From contig CT868043.1 in the NCBI GenBank assembly GCA_000165425.1, positions 124,001 through 188,000 on the forward strand: a DNA stretch of 64,000 bases. Reading direction: 5' to 3'. Shown piece after piece: positions 40,437 to 54,279 of this stretch; within the stretch, counting starts at the first letter, position 1, and the number at the start of each line of letters is the position of its first letter. Under the pieces are notes generated by a model, which saw only the letters and a list, made by a program, of their open reading frames with translations, did not search any database and was not told the origin of the DNA. Origin of the DNA: Paramecium tetraurelia (lineage: Eukaryota). A program made the translations under genes and the position numbers.

Positions 40437-43359
40437 TTTCAGTTAAATTTTTAATGTTAAAATATAAATATGTTAAATTACTTAATACATAGATAATAGC
40501 CATTTTGAAGGAAAAAAATGAAATGTATAACCTCTTTTAGATTAATTAATAAAGATGGACTGTGAATCCATCATACATATCCAATGATAAAATGAAAAGA
40601 AATTAAAAGATAAGAATCTTGAAAAGAAAACTTCTTGATATCATAAGACATCTCACTAATATCAGATAAGTTCTATAGTCATATTTTGAATCAACCAAGT
40701 ATTTTCAAATATATTATAATTAAACACTTTTGATAATTATAATGAGAAAACAAAATTAGTAAAAATTAACTAACATTATATATTTTCTAACGCTAAGTTA
40801 GATGATTTAAATTTTTTATTATTTGCTTTATGTAATAAAAGAATTGTTAGCCTTTTTTAAGTATTTATTATAAATATGTTTATACCTAAATTCTTCAACT
40901 TTTCAACCTTCACAATACTATTTAGCTTTATAGATGCAAATAGTTTATAACCCCAAATATCCATTTCTCTGTTAAAATGAATTTACATAAACATTATTTA
41001 TAATGAATTTTCTCTGAAAAATTACAAAAAATATGATAATTCAACATCCAATATATTAATAATTTATTTAATATTTGAATTCTATAAATATAGAGAATAT
41101 ATTTCCTTTTTGTCTATCAACCCTAATTTCAATTTGTTTATCATATTTTTCTATTTTAGGAAAATAAAGAAATAATTCTCGTCGATATAATTATATTTCT
41201 TGATCTCCTTTTAGAATGAATAAATTCTTAAAATTATAAAATCACAACATTGAATGATTTAATTAACAACCAATAAAATAAATGAAACATTAATTAAGAA
41301 ATATTTCATAATGTCCAAATAATTGATATCAGTCATACCCCCATTATAAAATATAAATAATTTAAGGAGGTTCAGTAATTAATTTCTTATAATTAATATC
41401 TTTAGAGACAATAAATAATGGAATAACTCTTAAATTCTTTGTTAACTCAATCATCTAAGAAGCAGAAGAAAGTTGTTTTTATCAATAAAAATCGCATGAA
41501 TAGAGAGTATTCACTTTTCTAAATACATTTAAATTAGTTACAAAAATGTCAAGTATTCAATATATAATATTGTAATTAGTAACCTGTAGAAAGGTTAGGA
41601 GAATAGTCGGCACTCAAATAATCTTGTATTAAAAGATAAAATAAAAGTCCATTAATTAGAAAATAATATACTAATAAAGATCTTTAGAATAAGTAGATGC
41701 TTTCCATGCCTTAATAACTACATTAAAGATTTATCCAACAAAAAGAAAAAGAATTAGTCTAATTTCTTACGATATGTTTAACAATTCTGTCACTTATTGT
41801 GATGTTTGTTGAGTACCATTAACAAGAAAATTATAGAAGATTTTATGATAATTGAATTTTTATAATATCAATAACTCTATTAATATACTTTTTTTACGCT
41901 TTTTCATATTGTAAGACCTGACATGTTCTTTTTTCATTCTAAATTTGTTTTACCCCTTCTATATGAATAACACGATTATTATTTATGTTTAAATATTAAT
42001 GGTTTTTGTAGAAACATAGGTATTTTCAATTTAAATTGAATTGTTAAGAGATTTTATGGAACAGCATTCCAATTAGTAAGACAACATCAACAATCAAAAG
42101 AGTCAAAATTTTTGAAAAATTCTTAAAACATGAAATATTTTATATAAATTTAAGCACTCGTACTTTAAATAACTATTATTTTTTTTTTATATATATATAT
42201 ACTTATCATTATTTCAATATATTGTTAAGAAATATAACATTTTATAAATATTTATGAATATTCCATAATAATCAGAATGATAAATAATGAAACCATTAAA
42301 GATTTAGTGACTCGTATTTTGCTTCTCAATTTCTTAATAACTAAAATAACTGAAAAGTAGTCCAATTTTTTGAAAATTTAGACGCTTTTTCAAATTAAAA
42401 TTAATGATATACTCTTAAACAAATCTATCAAATATTTGTTCAAAAGATATCTTCAAAATGCCTCCACACCAATATATCAAATAAACAAATTTTAAATCTA
42501 GTACTATTTAAACTTTTCTCAAAATATTGGATAACTAAAATTCTCTTTATAAAAATCAGTGATTTCGAATTTAATAAATTTAAGAATATTTAAATAATTG
42601 ATATTTCAAATATTCTTTTTAAAAAAAGAAAAAAAATGTTTTCTAATTAATATTTACCTTCCTCCAGTTATAATTATTATAATTTTTTGTTAAAATTTCC
42701 TCTGTCATTTACATATATTAATCACCATTTTGATGCATCATATCACTCTATTTTTATAGATGAGTCTAAAAAATTCCTTTTAAATAAGCATTATCTAAAA
42801 TATTTATTTATATTATTGTTCTAACATAATCTAAGATATTTTTAATGAATTTTATTATGAAAGAGTAACTTTTGGATTAATTTACAATTAAGCAATCTCT
42901 GTTAACAATCTTCTACTAATATTATTAGAACTTGAGTTTAGAGAGATTACTGAAGTAATGATTTTAAGAAAAAATTACTTTTGATTTTTATCAACTTCAT
43001 AAATTAGAAACTCGAATAAAATTTTGTTATATAATTTCTGAATCCCATATTTGAAAACCTGGTCAAAAGAGTAAGAATTTTGAGATAAAATCATTTTTAA
43101 TTTTTTATCTAATACTCGTCATTCAGCGAAAGATAAAAAAACATTAAATCTTAAACCTTAACCAATTAATATACACAAGTTAGATTTAATATTTTTATTG
43201 TTGTTATTGAAGATATCTTATTCTCTTATTAACCAAAATCAATTATAAAAATTTAATTATATGAATTTTATTAATTTAATAAAATATTTTAATTCCTTGT
43301 AGGAAACAGCAGGATTTATTATATATAAAATTAAGTGTTACATAATTTTAATTAATTTA

Positions 43360-43878
43360 ATGGGAAACCCTTTTTCAAAATTTTTCAGTCGACAAAAATC
43401 ATAAATATTAATTAATGGATTGGATGCTGCAGGGAAGTCTACAATTTTAAACTAATTGAAATTAGGGACTGTAGAAACCTTATAAATAGGCATAGGATAT
43501 CAGTAAAAAAAGCTAGAGACAAAATTCTTTAATATTTTCTCTTGGACTATTTAAGGACCCAATGGAATAAGATTGATTTGGAAACATCTTTATGAGACTA
43601 GCTAAGCTTTAATTTTAGTTGTAGATTTGACTGACAAAGAAAGAATGGAGGAAATTCAAAAATGGTTGGAATATTGCTTGATTGATAATAAAAGAAATAA
43701 TTTGCCACTCTTAATATATGCAAATAAGATTGATCTTGCTTAATTTAACTATGATGATTTAGTCTCTGAACTTAAGTTTGAAAAATTTTCTAATAATTGG
43801 CATATATAACCATGTTGTGCAATTACAAGAGAAGGACTTGAGGACGGAATCACGTGGATTTTATAATAGATTAAATGA
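43360..43878 (+). CDS. Divergent Arf/Arl-family small GTPase
   Basis: MG start, GLDAAGKST P-loop, LIWKHLY, ANKID, CCAITREGL; 172 aa. Confidence 0.88.
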
Positions 43879-44039
43879 AATATTAATATTTATCTAATGA
43901 ATAAATACTTAAATAAAATGTCTGAAATTATTTTTAATACTTGGTATATTTAAAAATTTATTTTGCCATTTCCTTGTAAATGAGATTGTTTACAGAGCAA
44001 TGATGATAGTTAATATGTTCTAATTATATCCTATTTTTA

Positions 44040-44691
44040 TCAAGAAAATATTTAATTTAATCTATCCTACTCCGGACAGATTAAGAAAGAAAATTAACAA
44101 TAATAAAATTACTTTAGCTTTAATTGGTTTTTCTCTATTTCATCTTTTGTGTCATATTCAATTTAATAACTTATTTAGGATTAGATCTCACAGTTTATTG
44201 AGAAGTTTCTAAATAAATGAGTCTTTGTAATGTTTTATATAGAAGGAATAATCTATTGTTAGAAAATTTAATTAAGCAAATGTGGATGCTATTTATTTAG
44301 ATTGTTCTATCCTTTGTTAAATTCATATTTTAAAAAATCAATTTTAAATGGATCCTAAATTTCATTAATAACAGACTGTTTATGAGAGTTTACAATAATG
44401 CAAACTTGAATTATTTTAATTTAGATACCTAATTTAAATCTGAAATCTTTTAGAAAATCATAAAATGGTTAAGTTTTATTTTTCTCCTGCAATCTTAAAA
44501 ATCCCAAATGGGTAGAATATATTAGTTCCTATAAATGATAAATAACTTGTAATTTAAATAAGTTTGTTGATAATATTGGATAAGTTCCGTTAATGAATCA
44601 CAAAGTAATCGATATTGATGAATTATTTCTTACGATACTTTTTGAGCTGATTCCTTATATGAATTTAGTTGAATTTGTTTTGAGATATCTT
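44040..44691 (-). CDS. Possible hypothetical gene, 5' part in the gap
   Basis: About 215 codons free of TGA running from the gap edge; no motif. Confidence 0.3.
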
Positions 44692-44841
44692 NNNNNNNNN
44701 NNNNNNNNNNNNNNNNNNNNNNNNNNNNNNNNNNNNNNNNNNNNNNNNNNNNNNNNNNNNNNNNNNNNNNNNNNNNNNNNNNNNNNNNNNNNNNNNNNNN
44801 NNNNNNNNNNNNNNNNNNNNNNNNNNNNNNNNNNNNNNNNN
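44692..44841. other. Assembly gap (150 N)
   Basis: Run of N. Confidence 1.
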
Positions 44842-45882
44842 TTAGATTGCAATTTTAATTTAGGACACTCTATTAAATACTTGTATGTACATGAAAATGC
44901 AAGTTAAGCACAAATAAAGTCAAACTATCTCAAGATTGTGAAAATCTATCACCCTGATACAAATTCCTAATAGTCCAAAGATTAAGTTATTTTCACTACT
45001 AAATTAGGAATATTTCAAAGAAGTCACAGCAGCATACACTATATTATCTAATGAATCTGATAGACGCATGTATGATTAAAAGTTAAAAAATTCAAATTAG
45101 AGAGAATAAAATAATTATCAAAAGGATTAGGATAATAATAATTAGAAAGAACATCATCATTAGAATTAAGAGCATAATTACTCTCAATAAAATTATTAGA
45201 AAAATAATTCTTAAGAGTAAAATGAATAAACACAGGCATACATTTCCCTTGTTGTTTTCTTTTTCTTTGCTTGGCTAAGTTAGTAAAATAAATAAAAATA
45301 AGAACAAAATTAAGCAATAAATTTAATTCCCAATAAATACACCCCTGCTTAAACTATTAGTAATGAGAAAAAAGAATTATCTGAATAGGATTGCAAGTAC
45401 TATCTAAATTTATTGTTAGGGATTTGCCTTTAGATATAATTAAATATAGGTCAAAAAAAGGTGACTATATCATGGGATAATTATGTTATGATAGATTAAT
45501 ATTTGATGAGCAGAAAGGATTAAAAAAGAAAAAGGAATTAGATTATCAATTCTAGTAAATTGGAGCAAGTGATATCAATTCATAAATATCATAATAGTCT
45601 GAAACAATAATAGTGGATTAAGTATAACAACAATAATTATAGAGTAAGACAGAAAAGAAGGAAATATTTTAATAAAATTTAGAAAGTAAAGAATAGTTGG
45701 AAGAAATAGGAGAAATTGAAGAGAATAAATAAAATGAATAACAAAAAAATAAATAAATTTCTGATGATTAAACTGGTAACGTTGTAAATATAGATTAATT
45801 TTAAAATAATATTGAATAACCTGTTTTTGAACGAAGTCATTAAGAAGTATAATTTCAACAATAACCATAATAGGAGGGTTGA
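44842..45882 (+). CDS. DnaJ-domain (type III J-protein) with a hydrophobic segment; start probably in the gap
   Basis: ASQAQIKSNYLKIVKIYHPDTN + intron + EYFKEVTAAYTILSNESDRRMYD; YISLVVFFFFAWL segment. Confidence 0.8.
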
Positions 45883-46089
45883 TAAGAAAATTGACGTACT
45901 TATAGATTATATATTAAATTAAAGATTTATTCTTAGTGATATTTTTATTTAAGAATGTTATTATAAACTAAAAATAAGATAAATAATTTTCAAATAGAAT
46001 GATGGTTGTTTTTTAAATTATTCTGTATAAACTCGGAAGTTTAATATGATCAAATTATTATTGATATATTAATTGTAATAGAAAAATAA

Positions 46090-47565
46090 ATGAATATTAG
46101 ATGTACTTAAGCTAATCATCAAAATTAACAAATAATGGGATTTTGTATCAATAGAATATGTCCAGATTTAAGGCCTTATTGTAATTTTTGCTTACCTTGT
46201 CATAGTAAACATCTTAACATGTTAACATCTTTGGAACTTTTATATGGATGGATATAACAGAGGATACTTATTATTCAAGATGTTGAAAAGAGCGTTTAAG
46301 AGTGTAAATTTAGCCTTGACAACCTTTTAAATTAGTTTCTTCCCTATTTACACTTAAATATTTAATAATTATAGGAATTAGGACTATCTGAACTTGATAT
46401 ATTAATAAAAAGTTTATGTTAAATGGAAGATTGCGAGGAATCATTATTTATTTAGCTTCAATAATAAATCGAATAAATTTAATCTATTATAAAAGAAACA
46501 CTATAAATTATAAAATCTTTCTCTTATTTGAAGTAAAATGAAATTTTATTAAGTCCTCTAGATATAACTATTTAGGAATAGCCAAAGCATGAATGCGTAT
46601 TAAATCCTAATCAAAATCAATTCACATTTGAACTCATGTAATAAAATTCAATTAAGTAGAAAGAATGGTGTCGTGTAATTGCTTTTAATAAAGATAATTT
46701 AATAGTGGCAGTTGGATGTCATAAGAATATTAAAATTTTCTCTCATATTTAGGGGTAGCTGAAACCTATATAATCGTTAAGTGAGCATGCAAATTCTGTT
46801 TTGACATTAAGTTTTATGAAAAATTCAAATAATTTAGTTTCCGGAAGTCTGGATAATTTAATAATAATATGGTAGATTAATGAATATAATTAATGGGATT
46901 GTAAATAAAAATTGAATGGACAATCAGGTAGTGTTTTTTGTTTATTGTTGAGTAATGATGATGATCTAATTATATCAAGTGGTGATAATTCAATCAAATT
47001 TTGGACGAAATAGAAATAATGGTCTTGCTCATAAACAATAACTTAGCATACTAAAAGCGTTTATTCATTAAATTTAAATCAAACATAAAATAAATTGATT
47101 TCTTGTTCAGCTGATTCATTAATTTTGGTAATTGTATAGAGAACGTTGGATAAAAAATGGGATGTTTTATAAAAGATAAAGGCAGATTAATACGGATATA
47201 GATTATGTTTTATCAATGATAACATTTTTACATTCTAACCTTATTGTAAAGAGTTTATGCATGTGTATGAAATGGATTGTAATTCCCAATAGTATAGGAA
47301 GACAAAGGAAATTATTGTAAATTGTGGTTCAAAAGATGATTGTTAATTCCAATAATAATACATTGATTCAAAAGGTATATTGGTAAATAAGAATGGGAAT
47401 AATATTATTTTATTGAGAAAGTTGGAAAATGATGGCTTTATTGTTGAGTAATCTATCGAATTTCAAAAATATAATATTTTTGGATAAGTAAGTAATGATG
47501 GAGAGTATTTGATTACTTGGGATGAGATATCAAAGGAGATTCAGATAAGATAGTATAAGGAATGA
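46090..47565 (+). CDS. WD40-repeat protein with an N-terminal Cys/His zinc-binding motif
   Basis: CTQANH..FCINRIC..YCNFCLPCHSKH; WD repeats LSEHANSVLTLSF..LVSGSLDNLIIIW; 1476 nt, intronless. Confidence 0.88.
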
Positions 47566-47899
47566 ATAGTGAGATAAATAATTAATTTGAAAGATTTAAG
47601 AATTAATTCTTAATATTATTATTTTAATATATTGATGTATCATACTATTTATCAATTGAACAGAATTATGGAATTATAAGATTTTGTTTGGTTTCTAGTG
47701 GATAACAAATTTCTTTAAAATGTTTGATTTTGATATTAGCAGGATTACTATTTACTGAGATATATATTTGCAAAAATTATAATTTTAAACTATATTTGAA
47801 GATTTATTAGTGTAATCATATTATTAATTGTGTACTCTGTTGTTTAATTTTTCCTAATAAATTACTAGAAGATTTGAAAATATCTTTAAAATACTCATC

Positions 47900-49372
47900 G
47901 CACTGCGATTATGCTAATTGATAACTCATAAACTATTAGAATGACACAATAATCAATTCTACGTTAAAACATGTGTTATTCAAAGGATTCAAACTAAAAA
48001 TTAAAATTTTTAAGCCAATTATCAATCAGAAACGTTTGAGAACTTCATTCACAATATTTGGTGAATTAAAGCAAATTGATGAAATATATCTAACTTTTAT
48101 ATTCACAAAATGATGATACTATAAGGTTTAATGATATTGGTCTACTTAATTTAATTTTTATCAACAATATTGAATTTTCTAAAATGAAGCATGAAAGTTA
48201 AACCTACAATTAAATTATTTAATATAACAAGAGTGAATTTTTGCTGATCAATAATCAAACTATCTTAAAATATGATTGTATTTTTGATGCATAATATAAC
48301 TTTGGGCCATATAATTCATGTGTTGCCTCGACATCATAAGATGAAATGATTTATGCTTTATGTCAAGTTAATTCGAACTATTAAATAATCAGTATCAATT
48401 TCTCAAATCCCACATATAACAATAATTTATATCCAAATCTAATTGTGAGTTTACCAAATTAAAGTTTTAGAGAAAATGCTTGGTTAAGAATATAAAATAA
48501 TCAGCTTTATATTTGGAACGATGAGAACCATAATAATGGAGTTCATATGTATTTTATTAACTAAAGACAAGAATAGCAGGGTTAATTTATATGCATAAGT
48601 GCTTCATTTGGATTCTAGACACACCAAATTTAGATGGGTAATAGCTTCATAATAAATTATATGTATTTTAAACCAATTCATAAAGATTAACTATATTACA
48701 AATTTGCTAAGATAGATAATCAGTCAATATTTACACATAGGGATGAAAACTCTATCCTTTTAGAAAGCATTACCCATCAATATTTTTCATTTGACACAAT
48801 ACCTATGATTTTTAGAAAAAATAAAGAAATTATTTTAATGATTTCAAATTCTAACTTTAATTTAATCGTACATTCCTTTGGTAATTAACTGAAAAATCCA
48901 ATTAAACACATATGATTACTCTATATAATATCTCTTATTATGAAGATTTTAATGTTGAGAATATTAGTTTTTAAACTCCACTCCTTTTTATAGGTGGATA
49001 TCTTTTTACACTTAATTAGACTTTGGTTAATGCGTTCTCATTCGTAGCATAAAATAATTCATTTGGAAACATATTAATTCTGTTGAATAATGGCAGCACT
49101 TTAGAATTCTCACTTAATATATTCTCTCTAAAAATAGATTTAACCAAAGTTACAAAAGAGATATACCAATAAATTTATAAGCTTATAATTACTACAACTC
49201 AAATTCAGCTTATATTATATTGAAATTTCAAAAAATGCATTTATTTGAAAGTACATCATTTTACATTTTGCTTGGAATTACTATAATTGTATTAGTAACT
49301 TCATATTTAGTATGCTCTGCTTATTAAAGTAGTAACATATATGGAGAAGAAGATTCAGATGATGAATTATGA
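47900..49372 (+). pseudogene. Transmembrane protein remnant (C-terminal single TM)
   Basis: Long frame 48241-48915 ends in TGA while the TM tail (FYILLGITIIVLVTSYLVCSAY) is in another frame; no clean start. Confidence 0.45.
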
Positions 49373-50280
49373 ATATCATATAAAATTTTTAATATAAAAT
49401 TATAAATTGTTAAAAGATATTTTTGATATTAAATAAAATAAAATTTCTTGAAAATATAGGATTTAATAAGAAATATTCTAAAGATTATATTTAATTAACT
49501 CACGGACATTTTGAAACAATAAAATAATAGGAAAATAATCATCCAATTTGCTTTTAACTTTATTACATTAATGATAATAAAGGAATTTTATTGTGCAAAT
49601 TTAGTATCATTAAATATTTTAGACTTTTTGGAACCAATGGTAATTAAAATGAAATAAAACTTTGATTCGCAAATGAAGTAGTTTTTCAACAATAGAATTT
49701 TCTGAATCAATAAAGATTTAATTGTAATTGACTGATGAGCCATTTGAACACTTCACTTCAATTTATTTATCATTTAAATATATTTTATAATACAGAATTC
49801 CAATTGTAATTTAAGTTCTACTAAATACAATCCTTGAAATTTAATTAAACCACCTAAAATGTGTATTTAGTTACAATAGGATCACAATTAGATTTTACAT
49901 CAAAATTTATTAATTAATCCAAACTTGATTTTTTCAAATATAGTATTACATTATAAATTATCATTCTTAGTATTATAATATCATTGTAGTTATTTGGTTT
50001 TGACATATTAATTAAAATTAAAAAAAAATAAATTAATTATAATGTAAAGTAGTCTTGTTCTACTGTTCTCTAATAATCTAAATATTATTATCAATTTTAG
50101 TTTTGAAATTAACATATTCAGATCAAATTAGGATTATAATTTTTGATTAACAAGTAGAATTTAATGAGTATTTAAAACAAATGTTTGTAAATGTGTACGT
50201 GTGTTATACTAAATTATGTATTCATATTCATTAATATTAAGAGGGCAATTATAATAAATATTAATAAATAAAAAGATACA

Positions 50281-51852
50281 ATGGATAAAGAGAGAAAGGA
50301 AGAAGGCTAAGTATTAAAAGAAAAGTCCAATGCATATTATTGGAAAGGTGGATTATCGATATACGTTAGGGAATTCTTTACAAAAATTTGAAAGATTTGA
50401 AGAAGCTTTAGAGGCCTATGAAGAAGCAATTTGCGCACTACCAACAAATGTTGACGCAATTAATGGCAAAGGTGGAGATCTATATCTATCAATAGGATTT
50501 GTTTTAGATATTTTGGGTTAACATGAGAAAGCTATTGTAGAATACACAAAAGCAATTGAAATTGATCCAAAATTTATTCTTGCTTATAACAATAGAGGTA
50601 CTTATTTATGAATATTATATAGGATTGGCTTATGATAAGATGTCTAATTATCATAAGGCCATTGAGGAGTACACAAAAGTATTTACAATTGATAAATAAT
50701 ACTATACATCATATTTCAATCGAGGTGCATATTCATAATTATGAAATAGCTATTGCCTATTATAAATTAAAAAATTATGATAGAGCTGTTGAAGATTTCT
50801 CAACTGTGATTGAGATTAATCCAGAATATTATATGGCATATTATCACAGAGGTAATTCTAAGAATATTATAATAAGGTGAGATTTATGAGTTGTAGAATA
50901 AAATGGATTAAGCTTCGAAGGATTACGTAAGAGCTTCTTAGCTTGAACCATGTTTAACCATTCCATATCCACAATTCAGTTCTAAATATTAATCTTATTC
51001 ATTAGAAAAAATTCCCGAAAAGAGTTCATATGAGACATCATATCAACACTTATCATTAGCCATATAGGACTAACCAGACAATATTTTGGCTTATAACAAT
51101 AGGGGTTAAATTGTTATATTATCAATAGGATTTGTGTTATTTGAAATGAATTAACCACTTGAAGCTTTAGAAAACTATAACAAGGCAATAGAGATAAAGC
51201 CAACAATAGCGACATTATACTACAATAGAGGTGAGAATACAGACTTCATAATTAGGAAATATTGCTTATTTTTTAAATCAATTTGAAAAGGCTATTGAGG
51301 ATTACTCATAGACAATTTTAATTGACCCAAACTATGCCAAAGCATACTGCAATCGAGGTTTTATTCGAAATTAATAACAAGGAACTATTTATAAATAGTT
51401 AGAAAAATTTGATGAGGCTAAAAAGGATATAGAAATTGCCGTTAAAATTGACCCATAAATAACAACAAAAAGTGAATATAAAGAATTAATAAATAGGGAA
51501 TTTTTCATTTGACTTGAGCCTTTTTGCTCTGCCAAAAAATCCCATTAGTTATTATTAAATTAATATTACTAGTACAAAATATTGAAAAAGCTGTTGAGGC
51601 TTTCACTGGTGCAATTGAATTATCCCCATAAATGACATAAGCATATTAATAAAGAGGTGAACATTATTAACCTATCAATAGGAATAGCATATTTCATTTT
51701 GAAATAATATGAGGAATCCCTTAAAGACTTTTCTCAAGTGCTCTTACTCGAACCAAACAATAAAGAAGTACATTTTTAAATAGGTGATGATTTGCATCTT
51801 ATAGTTAGGATGTGTTATTGTTTATTAATTAGTGCATAGTGCTGCCTCCTGA
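50281..51852 (+). CDS. Tetratricopeptide-repeat protein, 14 exons
   Basis: Repeated AYNNRG/YFNRA/YHRG..A...Y..AI.I.P motifs; 13 introns of 22-27 nt. Confidence 0.92.
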
Positions 51853-52794
51853 TTTATTATGATTATCATTATAAATTTCATATTGATTGTTATATTTTAT
51901 TCTCGCTCCCTGTTTCATTATTGTCCTTATCCCATTTCTTGTTCTTTGCTCTTTATTATCTAATGACCTTATTTCTTATCAAAATTTATAAGGAGGAACT
52001 TATGACAGTAAACTCACTATTTATTATAAATTATTGATATTTTAAAAATTGATAGAATTTTTGATCAGCATAAAATAGTTAAATATCAATAAATAAGAAA
52101 CAAATTTGAGTAAAGCCTAGTTTAAACCAATTAAATTTAGAATTAATGCACAAAAATCATTAAAATCTATGAAATTGAAAACTCAATTTTATCAGAAGCA
52201 ACTTCGATGACAAGTAAATATTTGTATTCAAAATAGGATTTATAACTTTATTTAGAGGTTTTATAAATTATTGTGTAAATCTCAATTTTTTACAAATAGG
52301 TTGTCTCAGGAGCGCTTGATAAATCGAACTTTGAGTCAGCATCATTAATGGCAAACTCATCTCCCTATTTAATTATTAGGGATGAGTAATACAGATCCAT
52401 TTGAATCAGATATATTTACAATTAAATGAAATTAATTTAATAATTTTAGGATTGTAAGCTAAATTGGTTTAATGATACTTTTTTACTTTTTATTATTATA
52501 TTAATGATAGTATCAATATTGTTGAAATTATATATTTATAAATAATGATACATATATATAACATAATAATTCTTAATTATAACTATGAACTTTACAAAGA
52601 TGATAAATAATAATAATACATTATAGTAATATACAACAAAAGACAATCCTTTTTGTACAACCCTTCTTCAATTATTATTGAAAAATGATTAGACTTTAAA
52701 TTTCAATATTTTTAAGATTTAATTACATTAAAATGCCTATTTAATGGTTTTGCTGATTATAAATATTAATAATTTAAAAATCAATAAAAAAAAA

Positions 52795-54279
52795 ATGAAG
52801 AATAATTTCAATTAAAATTTAGACAAAAAATATGACTCTCGGTTATTGCGAGTGAGGGAGAAAGGTCAGAAAGCTGCAATAAAAATTGAACTTTTATCGG
52901 ATGACATTAACATTAATCAATAGGTAAGTGTGCATTAAGAAATATATGATGTTATTGCATAGACTACGAAATGGACTGAACAATTAAACATACAATTTCT
53001 ACTACTAAAAACGGCATTACTGCGAAAATTGGATGAAGCCTTATAATATGGTAAATAATGGTAAGCAAGTATTATAGAAATGTAGATATAAATCGAAAAG
53101 GACAAGATTGAAATTCAGAGACAACAGCAGATTGCAAAACAAGATTATAAGGAGAAAATTCTACACATTAATACATCTTTCTTACAAAAAATAATAAAAG
53201 CCTTCGAAAATTTGTGGAAAGAAATAGAAGAAAATAAAATTGATGTGGTTTTTAAAGATTTTAATATTTACTTATAACAGATATAGAAAAACGACACTAG
53301 TAAAGAAGAATACAAATTAATTAATTAATTTGATTAAAAGGAAATCTGTTATAGCATAGCATTTGATCGGTAAAGGAATATCATGGTTAGCGGTGCACAG
53401 GATGGGATCAAGATATGGAGATTCCAGGATGGAAAGAAAATAGAGTGTATATAATAGATTAAAGGAGATAGTGAAATAGATTATGCAACTTGTTTAGTTT
53501 TCAGCCAAAAAGCTGATTTTTTTATATCAGGTAGCTTTGATTCATCTATTAAACTATACTACAATTAGAATGATAAATGGCTAAAGTAGACTTGTAAAAC
53601 ATCCCACAGCGGTCTCGTAACTTGTGTAATTTTAACTAATTAAGAGGATTAATTAATATCTTGCAGTTAGGATTTATCTATTTTTATTTGGAAAGTAAAC
53701 CTTACTTATAAATCTATCTAATTTGATTAGTAATTGAAAAGACACGAAAAAGTTGTCCTTAGTCTCTGTATCAATCAATCGGATACTGAGTTCGTGTCGA
53801 CAGGCTAAGATTAAAAGATTATTATCTGGAAAAAAGATGCTAATAAGAAATGGATTTTTGATTAATTGATATATCATTCACACTCTGATTTTGGATGTAG
53901 AGTTTCTTATATTACAGATGACGTTATTGTTTGGCAATAAAGCAATCAGCGATATATTCATTTCTATTAATTAAAAAATGGCATGTATGTTAAAAAGTAG
54001 TCAATCCAATTTCCATAGTCAGAAAGTTAAACTGAAAACTTTTAGTTCTTATTCCCAACTATATATCATAGAAAAAAATAAGTCTTAATTCAAAAGGTCA
54101 ACAAAAAAATCTATTTTATTCGTTTTGATGACGGAACTTAATAATATAAAGTTGACTCTAGTACTATCTCATGCTCCAGTAGTGCTGTTTTTGGTAATTT
54201 GACCTAAGATGGCAAATATTTAGTCATTTGGGATTCTTTTTTGAAATAATTTTCAGTTTATGAATTATTTTATGAATGA
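52795..54279 (+). CDS. WD40-repeat protein with an N-terminal coiled coil
   Basis: FFISGSFDSSIKLY, SHSGLVTCVIL..LISCSQDLSIFIW, FVSTGQDQKIIIW; 1485 nt, intronless; same family type as 46090-47565. Confidence 0.85.
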
